Positions 55,511-64,000 of a DNA stretch of 64,000 nucleotides are shown here, piece after piece. The stretch is from contig CALEVZ010000005.1 of NCBI GenBank assembly GCA_937924755.1, positions 22,609-86,608 of the forward strand, in the 5' to 3' direction. The notes beneath the pieces are model-generated. The model made no database searches and was not told the DNA's origin. It saw only the letters and a program-made list of their open reading frames with translations. Origin of the DNA: an uncultured bacterium (GTDB lineage Bacteria > Acidobacteriota > Thermoanaerobaculia > Thermoanaerobaculales > Thermoanaerobaculaceae). Position 1 is the first letter of the stretch; each line of letters starts with the position of its first letter. Both the position numbers and the translations under genes were made by a program.

Positions 55511-56488
55511 ATGCGCGCGATGATGACGCCAGCGCCCGCGACTGCCGCCCTCGCCAAGGCTTGCAAAGATGAACTCGCCACCCCGGGGAGAACAGCGCCC
55601 GTTGAGGCCCCAAGCAGCCATGGGGAGGCCGGGCCTCGGCCCCTGGCGAGCCTGTCCGCTGTCATGCCCGCCTACAACGAGGAGGAGGTGTTACCCCGGG
55701 CACTGGCCGAAGCGGTGGCAGCCCTGGACAAGGTGGCCGACACCTGGGAGCTCATCGTGGTGGACGACGGCTCCACCGACCGCACGGCGGAAATCCTGGC
55801 GGCGTGGGCGGCCCGGGAGCCGCGGGTGCGCGTGCTCACTCTGCGTCCCAACCGCGGCTACTCCAAGGCCCTGGCCCACGGTTTCGCCGCCGCGCGTTAC
55901 GACGCGGTGTTCTACACCGACGCCGATGCCCAGTTCGATCTCGGTGAGATCGCCGCCCTCGCCCCCCACCTGGCCCACCACCCCATGGTAGTGGGGGTGC
56001 GCGTGAAGCGACGCGACCCCTGGCTGCGGCTGCTCACCTCCTGGGTCTTCAACCGCTTGCAGGGCATCGTGCTGGGCGTTCGCGTGCGCGACGTCAACTG
56101 CGCCTTCAAGCTCTTTCGCCGGTCGTTTTTCGAGCGGGTGGACCTCTCCAGCGGTGGCTTCCTGATCGACGCCGAGCTTTTTGCCCGCGCCCGGCGGGCG
56201 GGCCTCAGTTGGGTCGAGGTCGAAGTCACCCACCGACCGCGATCGGCCGGCCGCTCCACTGTCAAGGCAGCCACCGTGGCCGCTACGCTGCGCGAGCTGT
56301 GGGCGTTGCGGCGGAACTTGTCGCAAGACCGGATCAGTGCGCCACCGGCTGCGCCCGGGGCGGCAGACGCGGGCTGGCTCCCGCGTGGGGCGGCAAAAAC
56401 GGCACGTCCGCCAACTCCGGGGGTGGCGCGCCCACCGTTGCGGAAAACTGGCTCATCCGCGAATGATCGGCCGCAGGCCCGCGGGTGA
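55511..56488 (+). CDS. GT2 glycosyltransferase (polyprenyl-phosphate sugar synthase, DPM1/ArnC-like)
   Basis: SAVMPAYNEEE, IVVDDGSTDRT and YTDADAQFD (the DxD region). About 50 aa of unusual N-terminal extension make the start uncertain. Confidence 0.75.
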   Translation: MRAMMTPAPATAALAKACKDELATPGRTAPVEAPSSHGEAGPRPLASLSAVMPAYNEEEVLPRALAEAVAALDKVADTWELIVVDDGSTDRTAEILAAWAAREPRVRVLTLRPNRGYSKALAHGFAAARYDAVFYTDADAQFDLGEIAALAPHLAHHPMVVGVRVKRRDPWLRLLTSWVFNRLQGIVLGVRVRDVNCAFKLFRRSFFERVDLSSGGFLIDAELFARARRAGLSWVEVEVTHRPRSAGRSTVKAATVAATLRELWALRRNLSQDRISAPPAAPGAADAGWLPRGAAKTARPPTPGVARPPLRKTGSSANDRPQARG

Positions 56489-56491
56489 CCC

Positions 56492-58021
56492 GTGCGTCGC
56501 CGCGCTTTACCAGGTGAACTCCGACTGTTCCTGATCACCATCGGAGTCTTCACGGGCCTCCATGTGGTCCTGGCGGCGATGCTGCCGCTAGCGGGGGACG
56601 AGATGTATTACTGGGAGTGCTCCCGCCACCCCGACTGGAGCTACTTCGACCAGCCCCCCCTGGTGATCTGGGCGATGATCCCCTTCCGGGCCCTGCTGGG
56701 CGAGACGGCGCTGGCGGTGCGTGGCCCGGCGCTGCTGGCGAGTCTGCTCATTGGTCTCTTCTTCCTGCCCATCGTGCGGCGGCTGGGGGGAGGACCGCGG
56801 CAGGCCGCGGGGGTCTACCTTCTCCTGCACGCCACGCCGGCGTTCTTTCTGGGGTCGTTCTACGCCTCCACCGATGTGGCGATGGTGGCGGCCTTCGTGG
56901 CCGGCACCTGGGCCGCCATCGCCTTAGCCCAGGGCGAGGTGAGGGCCTGGTACGGTTTCGCCCTCGCCATCGGCCTGGGCTTTTTGGCCAAGTTTCCGGC
57001 GGTGTTGATGTTGCCCGCCCTCCTGCCGGTGCTCGCGGCCAGGTACAACGGTCGGCGCCTGGGCCATTTGGCCACACCGCACCCTTACCTGGCCGGCGGC
57101 CTGGCCGCCCTGCTCACCGCCCCGGTGTGGGTGTGGGCCCTCCAGCACGACTTCGACAACATCTGGTTCCAGCTCGCCAAACGGCACACCGAACATCGAT
57201 TCACTTTCCTGTACGTGATCGAATTCATGGTCTCGAACCTCATCCTCTTCACCCCCTTCCTGCTCGTCGGCATCGCCATTGCTTTGGGGAGGAGGCGGCG
57301 AAACGCGGACCCCGCCTGGCGGGTGGTGGTGATGGCTGCCCTGGCGCCGATGGCGTTCTTCACGCTGGTCGCCCTGCGAACCCGAGTCGGCGCCCATTGG
57401 GGTGCGCCGGGGCTCATCGTGGGGCTCGTCGCCCTGGCCATGACGGCGTTCCACCGGCGGCGGGCGCTGTTCGTCCTGGGGGGGGCGTCGGGTCTGCTCC
57501 TCATCACCGCCGCTCTGGCCACCGTGCTCAACCCCGGCCCGCTCATCAATCTCCAGTGGTCGTACCGGGGGCGGCCGGAAACCTTCTCCACCAACACCCT
57601 GGCTCGGCTGGTGGGCAACGACGCCATGGTGGCGGAGGTGCAGGCCCGTCTGGCGCCCGGTGAGCTGGTGGCCTCGGAGAGCTACACCACCGCTCACCAG
57701 CTGGCGTTTCTCTCCGGGGGGGCGCTCGAGACCCGGCTCGCCCACATCCTAAACGGGCGCCACGGCCTGGCCTCCCTGTACTGGTACCCACCCGGTGAGC
57801 TTCGCGGCCGCGACGCCCTCTTCGTCACCGAGCGCCCCCAGGTGGAGGAGCGCCTGCGCACCGTGTTCGCCTCGGTGGCAGAGGAACCGCCGCTGGAGAT
57901 CTCACTCGACGGGCGAGTGGTGCGCCGGGTGCACTTTTTCCGCTGCCGGAATCTCCTCCACCCGGAGGCGGTGTTCACTCGCCTGGGGGAGCGACGGCCC
58001 TTCCCGTGGGAAGCTCGGTAG
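56492..58021 (+). CDS. GT-C glycosyltransferase (family 39 / ArnT-PMT-like)
   Basis: PLAGDEMYYWECSRHPDWSYFDQPPLV is the loop-1 acidic motif. About 10 TM helices and a soluble C-terminal domain follow. Confidence 0.75.
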   Translation: MRRRALPGELRLFLITIGVFTGLHVVLAAMLPLAGDEMYYWECSRHPDWSYFDQPPLVIWAMIPFRALLGETALAVRGPALLASLLIGLFFLPIVRRLGGGPRQAAGVYLLLHATPAFFLGSFYASTDVAMVAAFVAGTWAAIALAQGEVRAWYGFALAIGLGFLAKFPAVLMLPALLPVLAARYNGRRLGHLATPHPYLAGGLAALLTAPVWVWALQHDFDNIWFQLAKRHTEHRFTFLYVIEFMVSNLILFTPFLLVGIAIALGRRRRNADPAWRVVVMAALAPMAFFTLVALRTRVGAHWGAPGLIVGLVALAMTAFHRRRALFVLGGASGLLLITAALATVLNPGPLINLQWSYRGRPETFSTNTLARLVGNDAMVAEVQARLAPGELVASESYTTAHQLAFLSGGALETRLAHILNGRHGLASLYWYPPGELRGRDALFVTERPQVEERLRTVFASVAEEPPLEISLDGRVVRRVHFFRCRNLLHPEAVFTRLGERRPFPWEAR

Positions 58022-58208
58022 TCGGTCCCGGACGCCCGCCAGAGCCATGCCCGGTATCCCGGTCAGCCAGGGACGAACGGTCGGTCTCTGCCCGCGGGCG
58101 GGGGGGGTGTTGTGCGACCGCCACGCTGTCCGCCAACACAGGGGAGCGGTCTGCCAGGCTGTCATCGCTCGGGTGAGCTCTGCTACCTTCCCCCCGGGAG
58201 GTCTAACC

Positions 58209-60407
58209 ATGCGCCTGCGGACCTGGAAATTTTCGTTGCTGCTCGCCTGTGCTGCCGCGCTGGCAATGGCGCAGGAGCGGGTGAGTCTGGATACCCTGCT
58301 GGACCGGGGCATCGCCGACAGCACCGGGACCCCCGGCTACACCTGGCTGGCCGACGGCACGGCGATTCTCTACGACCGCCGCGTGCCCGCCGCCCAACGC
58401 ACCCTGGAGCGCCTGGACCCGGCCAGCGGGCAGCGCACCCCTCTGCTGGACCCCAGGCTGGCTCTGGAGGGGTGGGCGAAGGTCCTGAGCGAGGGTGAAA
58501 AAGCCCCTCCGTCCCTCCCCTGGCCGGCGGAGATCCACCCCTCGGGTCGGGTGGCGCTGTACGAGCACTTGGGGGACCTGTTCCTGTTGGACCTCCCCGC
58601 CGGCACCGTCCGCCGCCTCACCGCCACCCCCGCCCAGGAATCCAACCCCCGCCTGGCCCCCGACGGGCGGGCGGTCTCCTTCGTCCGCGGCAACGACCTT
58701 TACGTTTGGGTGGAGGGCGAAGGGGAGCGGCGGCTCACCCACGACGGCGGCGACACGGTGCGTAACGGGTCCCTTTCCTGGGTATACTGGGAGGAGATCT
58801 TCGGGCGGGAAGACCTGGCCACCTGGTGGGCTCCCGACGGCACCGCCATCGCCTTCTTGCAGACCGACGAGGGCGGGGTGTCCGAGTCGTTCTTCCCCGA
58901 GTTCGAGCCCGCCACCCCCAAGGTGATCCGCCAGCGCTACCCCAAGGCCGGCGAGCCCAATCCGGCGGTACGCCTGGGAATCGTGGAGGTGGCGAGCGGT
59001 GCCATGACCTGGGTGAAGGTGGGCGACCTCGCACCCGAGTACCTGGTGCGGGTGACCTGGCTGCCCGATGGCCGGCGCTTGGCGGTGCAGACGCTGGATC
59101 GAGCCCAGCGCAACCTTCACCTGCTCCTGGTGGATCGCTCCAGCGGCCGCGCCCGGGCGGTGCTGCACGAGTCCTCCTCCACCAACCTGGACCTTCATGA
59201 CGACCTGCGCTTTCTCGCCGGGGGCACCCGCTTCCTGTGGACCTCCGAGCGCTCGGGGCACGCCTGCCTGTACCTGTACGGCGAGGACGGCGTGTTGCTG
59301 CGCCAGCTCACCGAGGGTCCGTTGCACCTGCGCCCATCTTCGGGGGTGGCCGCAGTGCGAGGGGCGGTGGTGGGGGTGGATGAGGCCGCTGGGTGGGTCT
59401 ACTTCACCGCCGTGGCCGGAGCCCCCTTCGCCCCGGCGCTGTACCGGGTGTCGTTGACGGGCGGCCAGCCGCAGCGCTTGAGCCCCCCCGGCGGCACCCA
59501 CCGGGTGAGCCTGGACCCGAGTGCTACCTGGGTGCTGGACCAGGCCTCCAGCCTCAGCGAGCCGCCCAGCCTGGTGCTCACCCGCGCCGACGGCAGCAAT
59601 TCGCGGGTGATCACCCCTCCCTACCGTGAGCTCCTGACCCGCTTCGGCCTCCTCACCCCCACCTTCCTCACCATCCCCGCCGAGGACGGTTTCCCTCTGC
59701 CGGCCACCGTGGTGCGTCCGGCCAAGCTAGGCAGGGGGGCCCGCCTGCCGGTGATCGTCTACGTCTACGGCGGGCCGTCCGCCCCCCAGGTGCGGGACGC
59801 CTGGGGGCGCGACCTGCTGTGGGCCAACCTGCTGGCCCTCCACGGGTTCGCCGTGGTCACCGTCGACAACCGCTCGGCCACCGGTTTGTCCAAGACCCTC
59901 GAAGACACCTCATACCTGAAGCTCATGAGCGCCCGGGAGGTGAGTGACCTCCAGGCGGCGGTGCGCTGGCTGAAGGCGCAGGGCTGGGTCGACCCGGCCC
60001 GCGTCGGGGTGTGGGGGTGGTCCGGTGGCGGGACCTTCACGCTACAGTTGATGACCCATACCCGGGAGTTCAAAGCCGGCGTGGCGGTGGCCGCGGTCAC
60101 CGACTTCCGCTACTACGACACCGTGTGGACCGAGCGCCTTCTAGGGCGGCCCGAGGACAACCCCGAGGGCTACCGCGCCGGCTCCCCGGCCAACTTCGCC
60201 AGGGACCTGCACGGCCGCCTGCTGCTCATCCACGGTACCTACGATGACAACGTGCATCCCCAGAACGCCTGGCGGATGGCCTGGGAGCTGCAGAAGGCCG
60301 GGATCCCCTTCGACATGATGATCTACCCCCTGGAGCAGCACGGCCTGCGCGGCGCCACCCGGCACGTCTACCAGACCATGCTGGAGTTCTGGAAGCGCTG
60401 GCTGTAG
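58209..60407 (+). CDS. Dipeptidyl-peptidase IV-type serine peptidase (S9B) with a beta-propeller N-domain
   Basis: ATG 58209 follows GGGAGG, and a signal peptide is present. DPPIV_N-like repeats, nucleophile WGWSGGG and the D/H region IHGTYDDNVH...EQHG. The track ORF from 57795 is over-extended. Confidence 0.85.
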   Translation: MRLRTWKFSLLLACAAALAMAQERVSLDTLLDRGIADSTGTPGYTWLADGTAILYDRRVPAAQRTLERLDPASGQRTPLLDPRLALEGWAKVLSEGEKAPPSLPWPAEIHPSGRVALYEHLGDLFLLDLPAGTVRRLTATPAQESNPRLAPDGRAVSFVRGNDLYVWVEGEGERRLTHDGGDTVRNGSLSWVYWEEIFGREDLATWWAPDGTAIAFLQTDEGGVSESFFPEFEPATPKVIRQRYPKAGEPNPAVRLGIVEVASGAMTWVKVGDLAPEYLVRVTWLPDGRRLAVQTLDRAQRNLHLLLVDRSSGRARAVLHESSSTNLDLHDDLRFLAGGTRFLWTSERSGHACLYLYGEDGVLLRQLTEGPLHLRPSSGVAAVRGAVVGVDEAAGWVYFTAVAGAPFAPALYRVSLTGGQPQRLSPPGGTHRVSLDPSATWVLDQASSLSEPPSLVLTRADGSNSRVITPPYRELLTRFGLLTPTFLTIPAEDGFPLPATVVRPAKLGRGARLPVIVYVYGGPSAPQVRDAWGRDLLWANLLALHGFAVVTVDNRSATGLSKTLEDTSYLKLMSAREVSDLQAAVRWLKAQGWVDPARVGVWGWSGGGTFTLQLMTHTREFKAGVAVAAVTDFRYYDTVWTERLLGRPEDNPEGYRAGSPANFARDLHGRLLLIHGTYDDNVHPQNAWRMAWELQKAGIPFDMMIYPLEQHGLRGATRHVYQTMLEFWKRWL

Positions 60408-60421
60408 CCGGCCGGGGCGCG

Positions 60422-60847
60422 GTGGTGATCGAGCTCGCACCGGGGGTGGTGATCGACGAGGCGGAAATCCGCTTCCAGGCCTCGCGAGCGGGTGGGCCGG
60501 GAGGGCAGAACGTCAACAAGGTGGCGACGCGGGTGACCCTCTTCTTCGATCTGGAGGGGGCATCGGGACTGGCAGCGCATACCAAGGAGCGCATCCGCCA
60601 GCGCCTGGCCACCCGCATCTCCCGTGACGGGGTGCTGCGGGTGACCTGCCAGCGCCACCGCAGCCAGTCGGCCAACCGCCAGGCGGCCATGGAGCGCCTG
60701 GTGGAGCTGCTCCAGCAGGCGCTGCGGGAGGACCTAGAGCGCACCCCGACCCGGCCACGCCGCGCGGCCAATGAGCAGCGGCTTGAAGACAAGCGGCGCC
60801 GCGCCGACCGCAAGCGGGCGCGGCGGGTCGCCTGGGAGGACTCGTGA
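60422..60847 (+). CDS. arfB: Alternative ribosome-rescue factor ArfB (peptidyl-tRNA hydrolase, ICT1-like)
   Basis: SRAGGPGGQNVNKVATRV contains the GGQ motif. The basic C-terminal tail is RRAANEQRLEDKRRRADRKRARR. 141 aa. Confidence 0.85.
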   Translation: MVIELAPGVVIDEAEIRFQASRAGGPGGQNVNKVATRVTLFFDLEGASGLAAHTKERIRQRLATRISRDGVLRVTCQRHRSQSANRQAAMERLVELLQQALREDLERTPTRPRRAANEQRLEDKRRRADRKRARRVAWEDS

Positions 60848-60856
60848 GGGGGGGCT

Positions 60857-61408
60857 ATGTCATTCTTGAATAGGGTTCTGGGCATTGCCGGGGGGAGCTC
60901 CTTCCCAGCCCGGGACAGCGGCGAGACGGCCACGGTGCGTAAGATCGTCGCCGAGCTGGAGGCATTGCCGGCAGAGCAGGCGCGCTACGTGGCTACCTTT
61001 GCCGCCATCTTGGCGCGGGTGGCTTACGCCGATCTGGCCATCTCCGAGGAGGAAACCACCCGCATGGAGGCCATCCTCGAGGAGGTGGGGGGCCTGTCGG
61101 AAAGCCAGGCGGCGCTGGCGGTGCACATCGCCAAAGAGCGCAACGTGCTCTTCGGCGGCACGGAGAACTTCCTGCTCACCAGGGAGTTCGCCGCCATCGC
61201 CAGCCGCGAGCAGATCGAGAAGCTGCTCCACTGTGCCTTTGCCGTGGCGGCGGCCGACGGCTCCATCGCCGTGGTGGAGGAGGAGCGCATCCGGCAGATC
61301 GCCACCGAGCTCAAGGTGTCCCACCGGGAGTACATCGATATCCGCGCCCGCTACAGCGCCCAGAGGGAGGTGATGCAGCAGCTGCGGGCCCAGCGGCAAG
61401 ACCAGTAG
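60857..61408 (+). CDS. TerB-like (tellurite-resistance TerB family) protein
   Basis: Two helical repeats of the type VAYADLAISEEETTRMEAIL and AVAAADGSIAVVEEERIRQIA are typical of TerB-like domains. Confidence 0.5.
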   Translation: MSFLNRVLGIAGGSSFPARDSGETATVRKIVAELEALPAEQARYVATFAAILARVAYADLAISEEETTRMEAILEEVGGLSESQAALAVHIAKERNVLFGGTENFLLTREFAAIASREQIEKLLHCAFAVAAADGSIAVVEEERIRQIATELKVSHREYIDIRARYSAQREVMQQLRAQRQDQ

Positions 61409-61483
61409 GAACGCCGGTCGCCTGGCCCGATTCTTGCTGTACCGGTGAAGTGCACCCTGTCAGGGTGCGGGAAGGAGGACGCC

Positions 61484-62263
61484 ATGACCTGGACACTTCG
61501 CCGTGTTGCCGCCAGTGGGTTGATCGCCCTCGCAGGTCTCGCCGTCGCCGTCACCGCCGAGGAGCCGCCGGTGGATCCGGTGGTCAAGGCGGTGAGCACG
61601 GCGAACGAGAAGCTCCTGGGCTGGCAAACCAAAGAGGCCCGGGAGGCCCTCGATCCCATCAAGGACAAGGCCGCCGACAACGCCGCCGTGGCCGCCGCCC
61701 TCGCCCAGGTGCTGGTGCAGGAGAGGAAGTACCCCGACGCCGTCAGGCAGATGGAGGCGGCCGCCAAACTGGCGCCGTCGGATGCGGGGTTGCAGCTTGC
61801 CCTGGGGGACACCCTCCTGCTGGTGCGGCGCAACGATGACGCCACCGCCGCTTTCCGCCGGGCTGCCCGGCTCGCCGAGGAGGCGGTGAAGGAGGACGAG
61901 AAAGACACCCGCGCCCTCTTCCAGCTGGCGCGGGCGCAGCAGCGCCTTCGCGAGTTCGACAAGGCCGCCGTTGCCCTGGCCAAGCTGGTGGAGCTCAGCG
62001 AGGGCAAGGACACCATGGCGCTCTACGAGTTGGGGGTGACCCAGACCTTCCAGGGAAAGTGGCAGGAGGCTTTCGATGCCCTCTCCAAGGCGCTGGATCA
62101 GAACAAGGGGATCGCCTACGCCTACTACTACCGTGGCCTGGCGGCCGAGAAACTCAACCGCAAGGACGTGCTCATCAACGACATGAGCCGCTTTTTGGCG
62201 CTCGCTTCCAACGCTCCGGAGGCCTCGCGGGCGCAGGCCATCTTGAACGCCGCCCGCCGCTGA
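61484..62263 (+). CDS. Secreted TPR-repeat protein
   Basis: GGAAGGAGG SD before ATG 61484. A signal peptide is followed by successive 34-residue A/L/Y-rich helical repeats (e.g. AYAYYYRGLAAEKLNRKDV). Confidence 0.6.
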   Translation: MTWTLRRVAASGLIALAGLAVAVTAEEPPVDPVVKAVSTANEKLLGWQTKEAREALDPIKDKAADNAAVAAALAQVLVQERKYPDAVRQMEAAAKLAPSDAGLQLALGDTLLLVRRNDDATAAFRRAARLAEEAVKEDEKDTRALFQLARAQQRLREFDKAAVALAKLVELSEGKDTMALYELGVTQTFQGKWQEAFDALSKALDQNKGIAYAYYYRGLAAEKLNRKDVLINDMSRFLALASNAPEASRAQAILNAARR

Positions 62264-62380
62264 CGGCGGCGGGCGTCAGCCAACCGGCGGCGGGAATCAA
62301 CCGCGTCCCCACCGTGGACGACTTTCACCCCCCCAACAGGCCGCGCGGCGGGAGGTCGAGATTCTGGCAAGAATCACGGA

Positions 62381-62500
62381 GAGGTCGGCGTCGTCGGCTA
62401 CGGGCTCAACTTCAACCGCTACTTTTACCGCTACACGCCGTCCCGGCCCCTGGAGGAGATCGAGGCCGACATCCGGGCGCTGGAGCAAGAAATCCTGCGG
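62381..62500 (+). pseudogene. C-terminal fragment of a type I-like N6-adenine DNA methyltransferase (HsdM)
   Basis: Encodes EVGVVGYGLNFNRYFYRYTPSRPLEEIEADIRALEQEILRM, which matches the conserved C-terminal tail of M subunits. No methyltransferase body lies upstream. Confidence 0.5.
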
Positions 62501-62629
62501 ATGCCGGTGATGAAAAGGATTTTGAGGGTCCGGTGGATCGCCTCCAGGGTGAGCCTGACGCGGTGGGCCGGGGGCTTGGTGCAGAGGCAGGTCAACTACC
62601 GAGGGCGGTGCGAGCAGATTCCGGCCTTG

Positions 62630-63260
62630 GCGAAAAGGCCTTCTGGGACGAGCTCGATCGCCGAGGACTGCCCTGTGCCGTCGTGGCCAGGATGAACCGC
62701 CTGGTGCGGCGAGAGATCGCCGGTATCACCGCGTGGCGCCCTCTCGGTGACGGACTCGAGGTTGCCGCCATCCCATACCAGGCGTACAGCTAGGAAAAAC
62801 CCCCTCGCCTGGTCGCCTTGACAGAGCAGATCCGTCGAAGAGGCGAGGGCTGGGGGGGCCGACTACTCGACCTTCCCGACTCCGCTTTCCACGCGGGCAT
62901 CTCTCCAATGAGCGACCCTCCCGAGGAGGTCTGGAGGTTTGACAACGGCGGCGCCGACGGCGAAAACCGCCGCAACGAGCTGAACTACGACCTCAGCGCC
63001 GATGGCTTCTGCCCTCCCTCTTTCTTCGGCGTCGCAGCGCTCTTCCGCCTCCTCTGCGTGCTGTTCAATTTTCTAGCGCAGTTCAAACAGGGCATCCGGC
63101 TCGACCACGCCCCCCGGTTCAGCACGGTTCGGGACACTACCCTAAAAGTCGGCAGCATCCTCGGTTCCGGGGGCCGCCCAGCGGTCCTCCGCCTGGTCCT
63201 CCGGCGGTCGCTAGCGAGACCGCTTGGCGAGCCTCCTCGCCCGCATCGCGCCGCTGTCAA
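62630..63260 (+). pseudogene. Decayed IS1380-family transposase remnant (C-terminal third only, with an in-frame stop)
   Basis: FWDELDRRGLPCAVVARMNRLVRREI...EVAAIPYQA, then TAG at 62791-62793. The same frame continues PEEVWRFDNGGADGENRRNELNYDLSADGFC..LFNFLAQFKQ. The N-terminal DDE part is missing, and no terminal repeats were identified. Confidence 0.55.
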
Positions 63261-63430
63261 CTGCAATGCAGCCCTCCCATCGTGAAGACCCCACAAAGTT
63301 TGAACCACCAACTCCGTGGCGCCGGCGGCCCCCAAGCCGCCGCCTCCTGCCTTTCCAGGCACCTCTCCTGGCTCATCGCTGAAAAATTCGTGACTACGTC
63401 GACCGGGTGAGTGGGGCGCCAAGGGCCTTC

Positions 63431-64000
63431 TCAGAACACCGAGCCGAAGCCGACGTAGAGCTTGTAACGGGGGTCGGTGGGGCGACGGTCGAGGGGCAGG
63501 GCGGCGTCCAGGCGCAGCACGCCGATGGGAGTGGCGGCCCGCAGGCCGAGCCCCGTGGCCAGGGAGAGCTTCCCGAGGTCGATGGCCGAGGCCGACTCCC
63601 ACACCTGTCCGGCGTCCACGAAGATGAGGCCGGTGAGGTCCCACGGCAGGGCCAAGCGCAGCTCCTGATTGAGCACCAGCAGCGCCTCGCCCCCCAGGGG
63701 GCGGGTGGTGAACCCCAGGTCCTCCCGGGGCCCCAGGCTCTCGGTGGGGTAGCCGCGCACCGAGAACTCCCCCCCGGCGAAGAAGCGCTCCGAGCGGATG
63801 AGCTCCTGCCCGCCGCCGGTGCGCGCCAGCCCCAGCCGCAGGGAGGAGGCCCAGGTGAGGTTCTGTCCGCCCAGGCGCCCGACGGGCAGGAAGGAGGCCA
63901 CCTGGGCGAAAAGGCGCTCGAAGGCCAGATCGGCACCGAGGGCGCTGCCGGTGCCGGAGAGATCCAGGTTGGCCAGCAGACCGCGGCGGGTCAGAACCCT
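63431..64000 (-). CDS. Omp85/BamA-family outer-membrane protein, C-terminal barrel (5' end outside the window)
   Basis: The frame is open to the window edge. RFFAGGEFSVRGY, GGEALLVLNQELRLAL and FVDAGQVW are present, and the terminal ...KLYVGFGSVF ends in Phe as in OMP barrels. Confidence 0.75.
   Translation of the reverse strand, partial: RVLTRRGLLANLDLSGTGSALGADLAFERLFAQVASFLPVGRLGGQNLTWASSLRLGLARTGGGQELIRSERFFAGGEFSVRGYPTESLGPREDLGFTTRPLGGEALLVLNQELRLALPWDLTGLIFVDAGQVWESASAIDLGKLSLATGLGLRAATPIGVLRLDAALPLDRRPTDPRYKLYVGFGSVF

Overview
Very GC-rich bacterial chromosomal window, judged by eye and not computed. It is from a Gram-negative-type cell: a BamA/Omp85 barrel, a TonB-dependent receptor and an RND pump are all present. 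About 60 genes are tightly packed, and most are core metabolism.

Gene content, left to right:
- pyrR-pyrB-pyrC
- an RND adaptor plus pump pair
- an AI-2E transporter
- a PATAN(DUF4388) protein plus a stand-alone receiver domain
- an Fe/Mn superoxide dismutase interrupted by an in-frame TAG
- a TonB-dependent receptor behind a textbook TPP riboswitch
- a frameshifted VOC/glyoxalase gene
- SRAP (YedK-like) peptidase, tyrA and a Rieske ferredoxin
- a block of class-V aminotransferase, FAD oxidoreductase and ABC exporter, with a divergent asnB paralogue
- a five-gene block of poorly characterised envelope and signalling proteins
- tyrosine/homogentisate genes (hppD, hmgA) coupled to an acyl-CoA synthetase
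- a dissimilatory sulfur module: sat, then aprB-aprA, two Cys-rich ORFs, and qmoA-qmoB-qmoC
- sppA, a HUH/Y1 transposase-like gene, PBP4, a GT2 plus GT-C pair, DPP-IV, arfB
- decayed restriction-modification and IS1380 remnants

I found no rRNA, tRNA, CRISPR array or complete recognisable defence system.

The most interesting points:
- Two uncharacterised Cys-rich genes are translationally coupled inside the apr-qmo operon.
- A shared 18-bp Rex/CRP-type palindrome lies upstream of both sat and aprB.
- A TPP riboswitch is paired with an outer-membrane receptor.
- O2-dependent dioxygenases lie next to the sulfate-reduction or sulfur-oxidation genes.
- Several genes show decay.

Limits: all family assignments rest on motifs I recognise in the supplied translations, because no database search was possible. 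Many long ORFs in the track are antisense or shadow ORFs typical of high-GC DNA, and I ignored them.
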